A stretch of 64,000 nucleotides of DNA from an uncultured Alphaproteobacteria bacterium (lineage in GTDB: Bacteria > Pseudomonadota > Alphaproteobacteria > CACIAM-22H2), in assembly GCA_963748455.1 (NCBI GenBank), contig CAVVJD010000022.1, positions 704,143 to 768,142 on the forward strand. The letters run 5' to 3'. The notes below the pieces were generated by a model. It was not told where the DNA came from and made no database searches. It saw only the letters and a program-made list of their open reading frames with translations. Position 1 is the stretch's first letter; each line of letters starts with the position of its first letter. The position numbers were made by a program, and so were the translations under genes. Positions 9,753 through 20,445 of this stretch are shown piece after piece.

Positions 9753-11922
9753 ATGACACCTCATCACACCGCCGCCATGACCACCAACCCCGCATCCGGC
9801 GCCCACAATCCCCCCCTTGAAAGCCCGATCGAAGCGTTGCTGGCCAGTGCTATTGCCCGGCGCAAGGTCAACGACCACGGCAGCGTCGCGACGCTTTGCG
9901 TGAAGATCCTGGAACTGGTGCCCGCCTATCCGCCGGCCCTGATCCTGCTGGGCGAAACCTGCATGCGCATCGGCCAGTTGGGCGCCGCGGTGGCGATGCT
10001 GAGCCATGCCGCGGCCTTGGTGCCGGACAGCATCGAGGCGCAGAACAATCTGGGTGCGGCACTGGGGCAGAGCGGTCGCCTTGCGGATGCGGAGAAAGCG
10101 TTCCGCGCGGCCGTACGCCTGGTCCCCAATTTCGGCCCCGGCTGGCTCAATCTGGGAGCGGCCTTGCGCGATCTGGGCCGCCGCGACGAGGCCCTGGCGT
10201 GCTTTCAGCGCGCCACGCAGCTGCTGCCCGGCAATGCCGAGGCGCATATGCAGCTCGGCATCCTGTTGCGCGATACCGGCCATCCCGAAATCGCCATCAG
10301 CCATCTCTACCGCGCGCTGTCCGTCCATCCCGATCACGCCGAGAGCCTGGCGACGCTGGGCGTCACGCTGGCGCAGATGGGCGAGCCGGCGCAGGGTGCG
10401 CATTATCTGGCACAGGCGCTCGCGCGCGATCCAAACCTGGCCGAGGCGCATTGCAATCTCGGCCTCATCCTGCTCGATTGCGGAAAGGCCGAAGAAGCGG
10501 CCGCCAGCATCGATCGCGCGTTGGCGATCAATGCCAAGGATGCGCGCTTCCACAACGCGCTGGGCGCGGTGCGCCAGCGCCAGGGCATGCTTGTCGAGGC
10601 GATCGCAAGCTTCCGCACCGCGCTGGCGCTGCAGCCCGATTTCGTGACGGCGCACAGCAACCTGATCTTCACGCTCGACCTCGACCCCGGCACCGATGCC
10701 GGTGCGGCCCTCGCCGAGCGGCGCAACTGGAACGAACGTCATGCGCGCCCGCTCCTGCCGGCGATCCGTCCGCACGCCAACGACACCAAGCTGTCGCGGC
10801 GTTTGCGCATCGGTTATGTCTCGGGCGATTTCAAGCAGCACTCCGCTTCGGACGTGCTAGCGCCGCTGGTCATGGGCCACACCGACAATTTCGAAGTGTT
10901 CTGCTATTCCGAGGTGCGCAACCCCGACCGCGTCACGCAGCGCTACAAGGAAAGCGCTACCAAGTGGTGCGAAGTCCTACCGCCTCTCCGACATGGCTTT
11001 CGCCGACACGATCCGCAACGACCAGATCGACATCCTGATCGACCTGGCGGGATTCACCGCCGGCAGCCGCCTGCTGGTCTTCGCGCGCAAACCGGCACCG
11101 ATCCAGGTTGGGTTGACGCTGGGCTCAGGCATGGACGCGATGGACTACGTCCTTTCCGACAAGATTCACATTCCGGAATCCGACAGCGGTAACTACGTCG
11201 AGCAGGTCGTGCGCCTGCCGACCTATTTCGCATTCCTGCCGCCCGACGTGGCGGTGCCGATCTCGACGCTGCCAGCGCGCGCCAACGGCTACATCACCTT
11301 CGGCGCTTTCAACCGCTGGACCAAGGTGACCGAGAAGACGATCAACACCTGGGCGCAGATCCTGGTGCGGCTGCCGAGCGCACGCCTGCTGCTGAAGGAC
11401 GGTGCGTTCGACGACGCGGCGACACGCGCGCGCGTTTCGTCCGCCTTTGCCGCGCGCGGTGTCGCGCCGGAGCGCCTGGAGTTTCGCGGCAAGACCAACA
11501 AGCCCGAGCACCTCGCCGCGATGCGCGAGGCCGATCTGCAGCTCGAACTCGTTCCCGCAGACCGGCGGCGTCACCTCGCTCGAGAGCCTGTGGATGGGCG
11601 TGCCGGTGCTGACCTTGCTGGGTGGGCGCGCGCAGGAGCGCGGCAGTGCGGCCATCCTCTCCACGCTGGGGCTGGACGGCTTCATCGCCGACAACGAAGA
11701 GCGCTATATCGCGAATGCGTTGCGCTGGGCCGCGGATCTGCCGTCCCTGGAAGGGATCCGCGCGACGCTACGCGACCGGCTCAGCACGTCGATCATCTGC
11801 GATCATCCGGCCTATGTCGCGGCGGCCGAAGCCGCTTATCGCGCGATGTGGCACCGCTGGTGCGCGGAACAGGCCGTGCCGCAGATCAAGTTGTTGCGGC
11901 GCGCGTAAGGCGCGCGGCGTAG
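9753..11922 (+). CDS. TPR-repeat protein fused to a GT41 (SPINDLY/O-GlcNAc transferase-like) glycosyltransferase domain, two frameshifts
   Basis: The N-terminus carries about 8 TPR units (ORF 9723..11192). The C-terminus continues in ORFs 10993..11922 and 11402..11908 (..IDILIDLAGFTAGSRLLVFARKPAPIQV.., ..SFPQTGGVTSLESLWMGVPVLTL..). Frame joins are near 10970 and 11540. Confidence 0.75.
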
Positions 11923-13208
11923 AACCCATCCATCCCGCCCTGCGCGGCGAGATGGTGGGGAAGCGTGCGTAAATCGCCCGTCGGCGTCAGCAGCTCCGCA
12001 AGCCCGCCAATTTCACCGGCCGCGACCGGACGGCGCGACATCTGCGGATGGCGTGCGAGAAATGAGTCGATGCGCGCCGGCCCTTCTTCAGGCTGCAGCG
12101 AACAGGTGCAATAGACGAGCGTGCCGCCCGGCGCGAGCATCGACGCCGCGGCGTCGAGCAGGCGATCTTGCACCGGCGCCAGGCGCGCGACATCGTCGAC
12201 GCTCTTGGTCCACGCAATCTCCGGATGGCGGCGCAGCGTGCCGGTGGCGCTGCAGGGCGCATCCAGCAACACGAAATCCGCGAGCCCCTTTGGACGCCAG
12301 GTTTCGGCCTCTGCCGTGACCGTCTCCGCCGCCAGGCCGAGGCGCGCGAGATTGGCGGCGAGGCGCTTCTGGCGCGCGGGCGAGCGATCGACCGCCACGA
12401 CGCGCGCGCCCGCGGCCGCCAGCTGCATCGTCTTGCCGCCGGGTGCGGCGCAGAGGTCCACCGCCATGCGCCCGCCGACATCGCCCAGTAGGCGCGCGGG
12501 CAAGGCGGCCGCGGCATCCTGGACCCACCACGCGCCCTCGGCGTAGCCGGGCAGCTCCGCCACCGCACCGCCCGCCGGGCGGCGCAGGGTGCCGGTCGGC
12601 AGCGCTGTGGCGCCCAGCCGCTCCGCCCAGGACGGGGCGTCGCGCACGGCGGAGATATCCAGCGGCGGTTCATCCATCTGCACCGCGGCGATGGCGCGCA
12701 CAGTTGTCTCGCCATAGGCCGCGCACCAGGAGGTCCACAGCCAGTCGGGCAGGTTGAGCCGGGCGGCATCCTGGCCAGCCAACAGAGCCTCCCCCTCGCG
12801 CGCCAGGCGGCGCAGGACCGCATTGGCCAGCCCGCGATAGGAGGCGAGCCGGCCTTCGGCCAGGGCCACAGTCTGGTCGACAGCGGCATGCGGCGGCGTC
12901 TTCAGGAACAGGAGCTGGGCCGCCCCCAGCCGCAGCAGGTTGCGAACCTCGCCGGCGCGCGGCGACAGGTCGCGGGCGAGGCAGGCCGCGAGGGCCGCAT
13001 CGATCTGCCCCAGCCGGCGCAAGGTGGTGGCCGCCAACAGCCGGGCGAAGGCCCGGTCGCGCGGCTCCAGATGGCCAAATCCTCGTGCTGAATCAAGTGC
13101 TTCACCAAGACCGAGGCGGCGGTCGAGGACCGATTGGAGCAGGAACAGGGCCAAGTGGCGCGCCGAGGCGCCGGTCTTAGCCGGAATGGGGGTGGCGGCT
13201 TGGGTCAT
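11886..13208 (-). CDS. rsmB: 16S rRNA m5C methyltransferase, RsmB/Sun family
   Basis: Intact ORF 11886..13226. It has a NusB-like N-terminus and the motifs DLCAAPGGKT and LLDAPCSATGTLRRHPE. The start is 13226 or 13208. Confidence 0.8.
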   Translation of the reverse strand: MTQAATPIPAKTGASARHLALFLLQSVLDRRLGLGEALDSARGFGHLEPRDRAFARLLAATTLRRLGQIDAALAACLARDLSPRAGEVRNLLRLGAAQLLFLKTPPHAAVDQTVALAEGRLASYRGLANAVLRRLAREGEALLAGQDAARLNLPDWLWTSWCAAYGETTVRAIAAVQMDEPPLDISAVRDAPSWAERLGATALPTGTLRRPAGGAVAELPGYAEGAWWVQDAAAALPARLLGDVGGRMAVDLCAAPGGKTMQLAAAGARVVAVDRSPARQKRLAANLARLGLAAETVTAEAETWRPKGLADFVLLDAPCSATGTLRRHPEIAWTKSVDDVARLAPVQDRLLDAAASMLAPGGTLVYCTCSLQPEEGPARIDSFLARHPQMSRRPVAAGEIGGLAELLTPTGDLRTLPHHLAAQGGMDGFYAARLTRAATT

Positions 13209-13312
13209 GGCTGGCGGGCGGAACATGGGGCAGGCGGCGCCGTTTCACAAGGAATAGCGGCAGACCCTCGCCCGTTGTGCCGGTGTGGTCCTAGTCCACG
13301 GGTGATAGTTCG

Positions 13313-13492
13313 ATGTCCCGTTTAGAAGCTTTGATGGTCGCGATGGGGATGATCCTGCTGGGGCTGGCCGCGGCGAGCGCCGACCGGCCGGACCTGCAGC
13401 CGGTCGCGAGTGCCACCGCCATCACACAGCCGGCGGAACCGTCGGCGCTCAGCGTCCCCGACGCCGCGGTGCCGTTTACGCCCCCGACCTAG
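13313..13492 (+). CDS. small putative secreted protein (59 aa, below the ORF-track cutoff)
   Basis: My own translation: ATG 13313 gives MSRLEALMVAMGMILLGLAAASADRPDLQPVASATAITQPAEPSALSVPDAAVPFTPPT, stop at 13490-13492. It has a signal-peptide-like h-region ending in ASA. It fills the rsmB/htpX intergenic gap. Confidence 0.3.
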   Translation: MSRLEALMVAMGMILLGLAAASADRPDLQPVASATAITQPAEPSALSVPDAAVPFTPPT

Positions 13493-13502
13493 TCGCGCCG
13501 AT

Positions 13503-14384
13503 TTAGCCCCACGGCCCGACCCGGCCTGTCGCCGCCCCCGCCATTTCGCGCAGGCGGCGAATGCGGTTCTCCATCGAGGGATGGGTGGAGAATAGGTTGT
13601 CCATGCCCTTGCCGTGCAGCGGGTTGACGATGAACAGATGCGCGGTTGCGGGGTTGCCCTCCGCCTGCTCGTTCGGGATCGCCGCCGCACCCTGATGCAG
13701 CTTGGCCAGCGCCGAGGCGAGCCACAGCGGATTGCCGGAGATCTCGGCACCGATGCGATCGGCTTCGTATTCGCGCGAGCGGCTGATGGCGAACTGCACG
13801 AGGGCCGCCGCCAGGGGCGCCACAATCATCACCAAGAGTGCCCCGACCATGCCCAGCGGATTGCCGCTGTTGCCGTTGGAGTCGCGGCTGTGGCCGAAGA
13901 AGAGCGCGAAATTGGCGAGCATGCCGATGGCACCGGCGATGGTCGCCGTGATCGTCATGGTCAGCGTGTCGCGGTTCTTCACGTGGGCCAGCTCATGCGC
14001 CATCACGCCGGCAACCTCGTCGCTGGTCAGGTTGCGCAAGAGGCCCGTGGTTGCCGCGACGGCCGCGTTCTGCGGATTGCGGCCGGTGGCGAAGGCGTTG
14101 GGCTGGTCGTTCTCGACGATGTAGACGCGCGGCATCGGCAGGCCGGCGCGCTGCGCCAGTTGTTCGACAATGCCGTAAAATCCGGGCGCCGAATTGCGGT
14201 CGACCTCGCGCGCGTTGTACATGCGCAAGACGATCTTGTCGGCATTCCAATAGGCGAACAGGTTCATGCCCGCGGCGAGCACGAAGGCCATGATCATGCC
14301 GCTCTCGCCGCCCAGCAGAAAGCCGACGGCCAGGAACAGGCCGGTCATCGCCGCCAGGAGGAGCGCGGTGCGCGCGTAGTTCAT
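13503..14384 (-). CDS. htpX: zinc metalloprotease HtpX
   Basis: Intact ORF 13503..14393. Contains the [10 protein letters not shown] (HEXXH) motif, four TM segments and typical HtpX sequence ([15 protein letters not shown]). Confidence 0.9.
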   Translation of the reverse strand: MNYARTALLLAAMTGLFLAVGFLLGGESGMIMAFVLAAGMNLFAYWNADKIVLRMYNAREVDRNSAPGFYGIVEQLAQRAGLPMPRVYIVENDQPNAFATGRNPQNAAVAATTGLLRNLTSDEVAGVMAHELAHVKNRDTLTMTITATIAGAIGMLANFALFFGHSRDSNGNSGNPLGMVGALLVMIVAPLAAALVQFAISRSREYEADRIGAEISGNPLWLASALAKLHQGAAAIPNEQAEGNPATAHLFIVNPLHGKGMDNLFSTHPSMENRIRRLREMAGAATGRVGPWG

Positions 14385-14485
14385 CGCTGCCAAGCCCCGA
14401 GTTGTTAAACCTTGCTGAAAGATGGGAATTTTTCACCCGACTGCAAGACCTTGCCGCGCGACGGGGTTTGCGCGATATCAAGCCC

Positions 14486-14659
14486 ATGGCAAAGACACCA
14501 GACGCCAAACCGCCTTCCGTGTCCGGACCCGAGACTCCGGCCGAAAAGGTTAAGGACACGATGAAGCCGGCCAAGCCGGTCGAGACCGGCGGGCCCACCG
14601 GTCCCGAGCCGACGCGCTACGGCGATTGGGAACGCGGTGGGCGCTGCGTCGATTTCTAA
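14486..14659 (+). CDS. DUF1674 family protein (SDHAF4-like)
   Basis: The C-terminus PTRYGDWERGGRCVDF is the DUF1674 signature. ATG at 14486 (MAKTPD..) inside ORF 14402..14659. Confidence 0.7.
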   Translation: MAKTPDAKPPSVSGPETPAEKVKDTMKPAKPVETGGPTGPEPTRYGDWERGGRCVDF

Positions 14660-15616
14660 TCGGGCTCATCCGCCTTGACCGGCGGCGCCGCGGGCGCACC
14701 GCTCTTGAACCACAGCAACCCGCCGGGCAGGCCGATGGCCACCTGCACCAGCCCGAAGGCGACTGAGAGTGCAAGTGCCCCCGGCGCATCGACGCCGACA
14801 TAGGCGAAGGCCGCGACCATCGCCGCCTCGCGCACGCCCCAGCCGGCGATCGAGATCGGCAGCATGGTCAGCAACACGACCAGCGGGAACATCACCATGC
14901 AATCGATGTAGGTGATGGTGAGGCCGAGGCCGACCGCCAGAAAATACGCCGACGCAATGACAAGCAGATGAACGAGGATGGCGAGGCCGACGATCAGCGG
15001 GCTCTGGCGCGAGCCGATCAGCACATGGCGCAGATCGAGGGCCAGATTCGCAAACGGCCGCGCGAAGCGGATGTCGCGCAGCCGCGCGGCAACGGGCTTG
15101 GCGAAGATGCAGAAGAGTGCCAGCACGAAGAGCGAGCCCAGCACGGTTGCAAACACGCCGGCGCGCACCAGCGGCTCGGGCACGCGCGCGACGAAGAGCG
15201 GCAGCGTCGCCGCCGAGATGAGCAGCAGAACCACCAGGCCGACGACGCGATCGGCCACGACGCCCGATACGGCCTTGGCCGTAGGCAGGCCTTCGCGCGC
15301 CGCCATCCACGCGCGCACGGCATCGCCGCCAATGGCCGACGGCAGAGTTCTGATCGAAGAACTGGCCGACAAAGGTGAGGCGGATAATCGAGCCGCGGCG
15401 TGGCGGGCCGCCGATCGCGGCGCCGATCAGCGCCCAGCGCCAGCCGGCGAGCAGAAGTTGTACGCCCATCGACACGACGGCCGCCAGCGTCGCGAGCTTG
15501 TCGATCGCGGCCAGACGGCCAAATGCTGGGCCGACATCGATGCGATGCACGAGCCAGGCGATGAGGAGAATGGTGATGGCCGCCTTACCGGCGACGGTCA
15601 ACCAGCGGCGGGCCAT
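14656..15616 (-). CDS. UPF0104 / lysylphosphatidylglycerol synthase TM-region-like membrane protein, one frameshift
   Basis: The N-terminus is in ORF 14666..15616 (MARRWLTVAGKAAITILLIAWLV..LTFVGQFF). It continues in ORF 14656..15372 (..LPSAIGGDAVRAW.. plus many TM helices). The join is near 15355. Confidence 0.65.
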
Positions 15617-15711
15617 GAGCGATGTCGCGCTTGCGCTTTGAAAACGAGGCCTTCACGTAACACTGCGGGACGCAGGGCGGCAAGCTTTGCGCCATCCCTC
15701 GCCCGAAAGGA

Positions 15712-16152
15712 TCAACGCGGCGGCAATGCACGCGGCGGCGGTGGCGGCGGTGAGTTGGATGGCGGCGTGATGTCCTTCATCGGCGGGCGCTGCCATCGCG
15801 GCGGAGTCTCGGGGGTGAAGGGATCACCGCCTTCATAATGCATTTGTGTCATCACGACGTTTGCCGTCGCCAGGCGGCGCAGCAGCGCCCAGCCGGCCCA
15901 GATGATGCCGGCGCCGATCGCCCAGACAAATACGACGAGCCCGGTGCCCAGCCCGGCAATGATGCGCCCGACGCCGCCCACCAGGCGACCCATGTCGGGA
16001 TCGCTCCAGAACAATTTCTCGATGACAGCCTGCAGCACATCGCCGCCGAAGCCCACCGCCGCCCAGGCCCCAAGCCCAAGCAGCGTCCAGATGACGAAGC
16101 CGGTGAGGGCGAAGGCGGAGACGAGGCGCGGTGCCGAATTCGTGTTTTCCAT
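15712..16152 (-). CDS. hypothetical membrane protein with proline-rich C-terminus
   Basis: ORF 15712..16224, with the start taken at MENTNS (16152) because the upstream part overlaps the acs terminator. It has 3-4 predicted TM helices and a tail of SNSPPPPPPRALPPR. Confidence 0.5.
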   Translation of the reverse strand: MENTNSAPRLVSAFALTGFVIWTLLGLGAWAAVGFGGDVLQAVIEKLFWSDPDMGRLVGGVGRIIAGLGTGLVVFVWAIGAGIIWAGWALLRRLATANVVMTQMHYEGGDPFTPETPPRWQRPPMKDITPPSNSPPPPPPRALPPR

Positions 16153-16201
16153 GCCGGTCAATTCCAAAGTTTTAACCGTCTCTGATATGGGCGATGCGCG
16201 C

Positions 16202-16238
16202 AAAAATGAAAGGGCGGCAACCAAGCCGGCTGCCGCCC
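16202..16238 (-). terminator. Rho-independent terminator downstream of acs
   Basis: On the minus strand: GGGCGGCA-gccggcttggt-TGCCGCCC followed by TTTCATTTTTGCG. Confidence 0.55.
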
Positions 16239-16261
16239 CGCCGGTCCAGGTCGCGGCCGGG

Positions 16262-18211
16262 CTAGGCGCGGTTCATTCGGTTGGTCACCAGATCGTCGAC
16301 TACCGCGGGATCGGCCAGGGTCGAGGTATCGCCCAGCGCTTGGTGTTCGTTCGCGGCGATCTTGCGCAGGATGCGGCGCATGATCTTGCCTGAACGCGTC
16401 TTGGGCAGGCCGGGCGCCCACTGGATGAGATCGGGCGTGGCAATCGGGCCAATCTGCTTGCGCACCCAGCCGACAAGCTCCTTGCGCAGATCGTCGCTCG
16501 GACTCTCGCCCGAGTTCAAGGTGACATAGGCATAGATACCCTGGCCCTTGATGTCGTGCGGGTAGCCGACGACCGCGGCTTCCGCGACCTTTGCATGCGC
16601 GACGAGCGCGCTCTCGATCTCGGCGGTGCCGAGGCGATGGCCGGCGACGTTGATCACGTCGTCGACGCGGCCGGTAATCCAGTAATAGCCGTCCTCGTCG
16701 CGCCGGCAGCCGTCGCCGGTGAAGTACTTGCCCTTGAATGCCAAGAAATAGGCTTCGACGAAACGCTTATGGTCGCCGTAGAGGCTGCGCATCATGCCGG
16801 GCCAGGCATCGGCGATGCACAGATTGCCCTCGCAAGCGCCTTCAAGTTGATGGCCCTCGTTGTCGACGATGACGGGCTGAACGCCGAAAAACGGCTTGGT
16901 CGCCGAGCCGGGCTTGGTCGGGATGGCGCCGGGCAGCGGCGTGATGAGGATGCCGCCGGTTTCCGTCTGCCACCACGTGTCGACGATCGGGCTGCGGCCG
17001 TCGCCGACGACGTTGTAGTACCAGAGCCAGGCCTCGGGATTGATCGGCTCGCCCACCGAGCCCAGCAGACGCAGCGAGGCGCGGGTCGTCTTCTTCACCG
17101 GCCCGTCGCCTTCGCGCATCAGTGCGCGGATGGCGGTGGGGGCGGTGTAGAAGATGTTGACCTTGTGCTTGTCGACGACCTGCCAGAAGCGCGAGAAATC
17201 CGGGTAGTTCGGCACGCCTTCGAACATCAGCGTGGTGGCGCCGTTGGCCAGCGGCCCGTAGACGATGTAGCTGTGGCCGGTGACCCAGCCGACATCGGCG
17301 GTGCACCAGTAGATATCGCCGTCGTGATAGTCGAAGACGTATTGATGCGTCATCGACGTGTAGACCATGTAGCCGCCGGTGGTGTGCAGCACGCCCTTGG
17401 GCTTGCCGGTCGAGCCGGAGGTATAGAGGATGAACAGCGGATCTTCCGCGTTCATTTCCGTGGGCGGACAATCGGCGCTCACGCTGCCGACCTCGTCGTG
17501 ATACCAGACGTCGCGGCCGTCGACCCAGCCGACCTGGCCGCCGGTGCGCCGCACGACCAGCACCTTCTTGACGCTGGGGCAGCTCTTGAGCGCCTGGTCG
17601 GCATTGGCCTTGAGCGGCACTTTGCGGCCGCCGCGCAGGCCTTCGTCGGCGGTGATCACATACGATGAATCGCAATCCTGGATGCGGCCCACCAGCGAAT
17701 CCGGCGAGAAGCCGCCGAACACCACGGAGTGAATCGCGCCGATGCGCGCGCAGGCCAGCATCGCGTAGGCGGCCTCCGGGATCATCGGCAGGTAAATCGT
17801 GACGCGGTCGCCTTTTTTGACGCCGTGCTTCTTCATCACGTTGGCCATGCGGCAGACGCTCTGATGCAGCTCGGCGTAGGTGATGTTCTTCTGCTCCGTC
17901 GGCGAATCGCCTTCCCAGATGATCGCGGTCTGATTGGCGCGCGTCTTGAGATGACGGTCGATGCAGTTGGCCGAGGCGTTGAGCGTGCCGTCGTGAAACC
18001 ATTTGACGTGGACGTCGCCGGTGAACGACACGTCCTTCACCTTGGTGAACGGCTTGATCCAATCGATGCGCTTGGCGTGCTCGCGCCAGAACCCTTCGGG
18101 ATCCTTGGTCGAGCGTTCGTACATCGCCTGATACTTGGCCGCATCGACCCAGGCCTTGCGCGCGAACTCTGGTGGAACGGGGAACACGTTGCCATGCGGC
18201 ATGATCTGCAT
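16262..18211 (-). CDS. acs: acetyl-CoA synthetase
   Basis: Intact ORF 16262..18256. Contains [11 protein letters not shown] (AMP-binding), ..WWQTETGG.. and ..[12 protein letters not shown]... The start is at 18211 or 18202. Confidence 0.95.
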   Translation of the reverse strand: MQIMPHGNVFPVPPEFARKAWVDAAKYQAMYERSTKDPEGFWREHAKRIDWIKPFTKVKDVSFTGDVHVKWFHDGTLNASANCIDRHLKTRANQTAIIWEGDSPTEQKNITYAELHQSVCRMANVMKKHGVKKGDRVTIYLPMIPEAAYAMLACARIGAIHSVVFGGFSPDSLVGRIQDCDSSYVITADEGLRGGRKVPLKANADQALKSCPSVKKVLVVRRTGGQVGWVDGRDVWYHDEVGSVSADCPPTEMNAEDPLFILYTSGSTGKPKGVLHTTGGYMVYTSMTHQYVFDYHDGDIYWCTADVGWVTGHSYIVYGPLANGATTLMFEGVPNYPDFSRFWQVVDKHKVNIFYTAPTAIRALMREGDGPVKKTTRASLRLLGSVGEPINPEAWLWYYNVVGDGRSPIVDTWWQTETGGILITPLPGAIPTKPGSATKPFFGVQPVIVDNEGHQLEGACEGNLCIADAWPGMMRSLYGDHKRFVEAYFLAFKGKYFTGDGCRRDEDGYYWITGRVDDVINVAGHRLGTAEIESALVAHAKVAEAAVVGYPHDIKGQGIYAYVTLNSGESPSDDLRKELVGWVRKQIGPIATPDLIQWAPGLPKTRSGKIMRRILRKIAANEHQALGDTSTLADPAVVDDLVTNRMNRA

Positions 18212-18330
18212 CTCCCAAATGCCGGTTTCTTGATAGCAGCCGGGCCGCGGCTGCACTTATGTCCGGGGATTATGTCCCGAAAGATGCTGGCAAAACAAGC
18301 GCGCCCCGGATTCGGCGTTCCTGCTTAAAC

Positions 18331-19032
18331 CTATGCTTTGATGGGTTTTTTTGCGGCCGTGCGCTGATCGCAGCGGAGCATTTCGTCGCGGGCGGCGAAC
18401 CATTCGTCGGCGTAGTCGCATTCGCGATACTCGGCAAAGTAGGGCCCGCCGATGGTGAAATGCACGTTGCCGGCATCGGCGCGATAAGGATCGACGCCGA
18501 CCAGATGATTCCAGCGCGCCGGCAGTGCGCCGATCAGCTCGTCGTCGCCCAGCCATTTGAACTGGTGCAGCTCGAGCCCGCTGGCAGCGCTGACATAGGC
18601 GGGCGTGAGCGCCTTGCATTTGGCGTTGTTGAACAGCATCACGCTCGACCAGTTTTTCTTGCCGTACTTCGTCTGCTTCTGGTCGAGGAATTTCACGTCC
18701 TCGCGCGGCACGTGGTTGTGCTTGACGCACATCACCGCGTAGCGCTCGTCGCGCAGCTTCCACAATTCCGCGATGTCGGTGCGCAGCAGCATGTCGCAAT
18801 CCATGAACAGCGACCAGCCCTGGTAGTCCGACAGGAACGGCGTCATGAAGCGCGAGAAGGAGAAATCGGTCGATTGCAGCGCGTCGCGCGGGCGATCGAA
18901 ATGCGGCTTCAATTGCGCCAGCGAGATCGGCGCGATCGCCACCGGCTGCGACGCGTGCGCCTGGATGCTGTGCGACAGCACGTGAAATGCCACGGTCTCG
19001 CGCGCGTCGAAGCCGATGAAAATGCGGATCAT
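18331..19032 (-). CDS. glycosyltransferase family 8-like protein (putative)
   Basis: Intact 233 aa ORF. MIRIFIGFD.. at the N-terminus and SLFMDCDML (a DxD-type motif) are consistent with a GT-A / GT8-like fold. Confidence 0.55.
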   Translation of the reverse strand: MIRIFIGFDARETVAFHVLSHSIQAHASQPVAIAPISLAQLKPHFDRPRDALQSTDFSFSRFMTPFLSDYQGWSLFMDCDMLLRTDIAELWKLRDERYAVMCVKHNHVPREDVKFLDQKQTKYGKKNWSSVMLFNNAKCKALTPAYVSAASGLELHQFKWLGDDELIGALPARWNHLVGVDPYRADAGNVHFTIGGPYFAEYRECDYADEWFAARDEMLRCDQRTAAKKPIKA

Positions 19033-19091
19033 GGACTTAACCCCGGCCGGCCGCCCGGCATCAGCGCCGGGGCGAATCGGGGTCAGGATAG

Positions 19092-19132
19092 CCCGGCCGC
19101 GCGCGCAAGCAAACGTTGCGCGCGCGGCCGGT
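19092..19132 (-). terminator. strong GC hairpin between the LuxR-type regulator gene and the GT8-like gene
   Basis: GGCCGCGCGCGCAA-gcaaacg-TTGCGCGCGCGGCC is a perfect 14 bp stem at 19095..19129, extendable by 2-3 bp. There is no U-tract, so terminator function is uncertain. Confidence 0.4.
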
Positions 19133-19137
19133 CGACC

Positions 19138-20001
19138 TCAAAAGATCGCGCTGGTGCGGGTTTCGACCGCGCCATGCCGCACCGCAAAGAGTGCGGCCTG
19201 GGTGCGGTTTTCCACGTTGAGCTTCTTCATGATCTGCTTGATATGCGCCTTGACCGTCGTTTCCTGCATGCCGAGGTCCTTGGCGATCGACTTGTTGGAC
19301 TTGCCGTTGCCGAGCAGGCCCAGCACCTCCCACTGGCGCGGCGTCAGCTCGTACTGGCGCATGGCTTCATTGGGCAGCGATTTGCGCGGCATGACCGAGA
19401 GGTCCGGCATGATACCCGGCCCCCAGCTGTCCGGCGCCGCCGCGACGCTGTCGCTGCCGGTGGGGATGAACGTGCCCCCCTGCAGCAGCAGCCGCGCGAC
19501 GCCGATGGCCATCTCGCCGGGCGTTGTCGACGTGATCACGCCGCGGATGCCCATGCCCACCGCGCGATCGATCAGCTCGCGATCGTAGGATTCGACCAGC
19601 AGCAAAATGCGCAGATCGTCCTGGATCTGGCGGAATTGCGGGATGATCGCGATCGCCTCGTTTTGAAACTGCAAGGTCGACCAGATCAGCAAATCGTAAC
19701 GGCCACCGCTTTGCAGCGCCGTCAGCACTTCACGCACCGAAATTGCCTGTGTAACCTGCAAATCAGGCGCGAGCGCCCGGAACAATGCCTTCAATGAATC
19801 CGCCACCAAGCGAACTGGATGGCCGACAACAATACGACGCGCCGGTGACCGTTCGTCACCGGGCGCGCCAGACAGGGGTGACCCTGTCCCTTCGCGCGGT
19901 TCTGACACCGAAACTACCCCCTCATTAAGTCTACTCGCGCCCCAGCCCCTGCTGAGGGCGCCCCCTTGAGCCGAACGACCTTCCCCAAGATTGTCCGACA
20001 A
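19138..20001 (-). CDS. LuxR/FixJ-family regulator with an atypical receiver domain
   Basis: The C-terminus has the HTH LTPRQWEVLGLLGNGKSNKSIAKDLGMQETTVKAHIKQIMKKLNV. A receiver-like domain precedes it. The start codon is uncertain because the N-terminal ~60 aa are low complexity. Confidence 0.7.
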   Translation of the reverse strand: MSDNLGEGRSAQGGALSRGWGASRLNEGVVSVSEPREGTGSPLSGAPGDERSPARRIVVGHPVRLVADSLKALFRALAPDLQVTQAISVREVLTALQSGGRYDLLIWSTLQFQNEAIAIIPQFRQIQDDLRILLLVESYDRELIDRAVGMGIRGVITSTTPGEMAIGVARLLLQGGTFIPTGSDSVAAAPDSWGPGIMPDLSVMPRKSLPNEAMRQYELTPRQWEVLGLLGNGKSNKSIAKDLGMQETTVKAHIKQIMKKLNVENRTQAALFAVRHGAVETRTSAIF

Positions 20002-20088
20002 CAGGCATTTTGAGGGATGAAAGAATGATTTGCAAACGAATGCGTAAGGCCAATTGCACTTCCGTGTTGCACTGCGGCACGAGTCATT

Positions 20089-20445
20089 CTATTGAACATT
20101 CCAGGTTGTTGTTTCTAAAAAGATTTTATCGTCTTTGGTGTAAGCGTTGACTGGCTTCAGACGGGACCCGAGGCAGGGCCCGAATATGCATCTACCGGTT
20201 GCAATTTCGAAGCGGGCACCGTGGGTCGCACATTGAATCGTCGTGCGATCGGGGGAGAGGAACTGGTCGGGCTTCCAATCCAGCGGCGTTCCGGCATGCG
20301 GACAGACATTGACGTAGCCGTGAATTTTGCCGCCGGCGCGAACGACGAAGATCTCAAGCGTGCCGTCGCCCGTGTCCACCGCGAAGCCGCGACTGCCCGG
20401 CTCGGCGATGTCGGCAAGCGCGCACAGCGCGAGCGCATCGCTCAT
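20089..20445 (-). CDS. Rieske (2Fe-2S) domain protein
   Basis: MSDALALCALADI.. is 118 aa with CPHAG..(17 aa)..CATHGARF, the CxH...CxxH Rieske ligands. Its ATG overlaps the EVE gene stop (ATGA at 20442-20445). Confidence 0.8.
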   Translation of the reverse strand: MSDALALCALADIAEPGSRGFAVDTGDGTLEIFVVRAGGKIHGYVNVCPHAGTPLDWKPDQFLSPDRTTIQCATHGARFEIATGRCIFGPCLGSRLKPVNAYTKDDKIFLETTTWNVQ

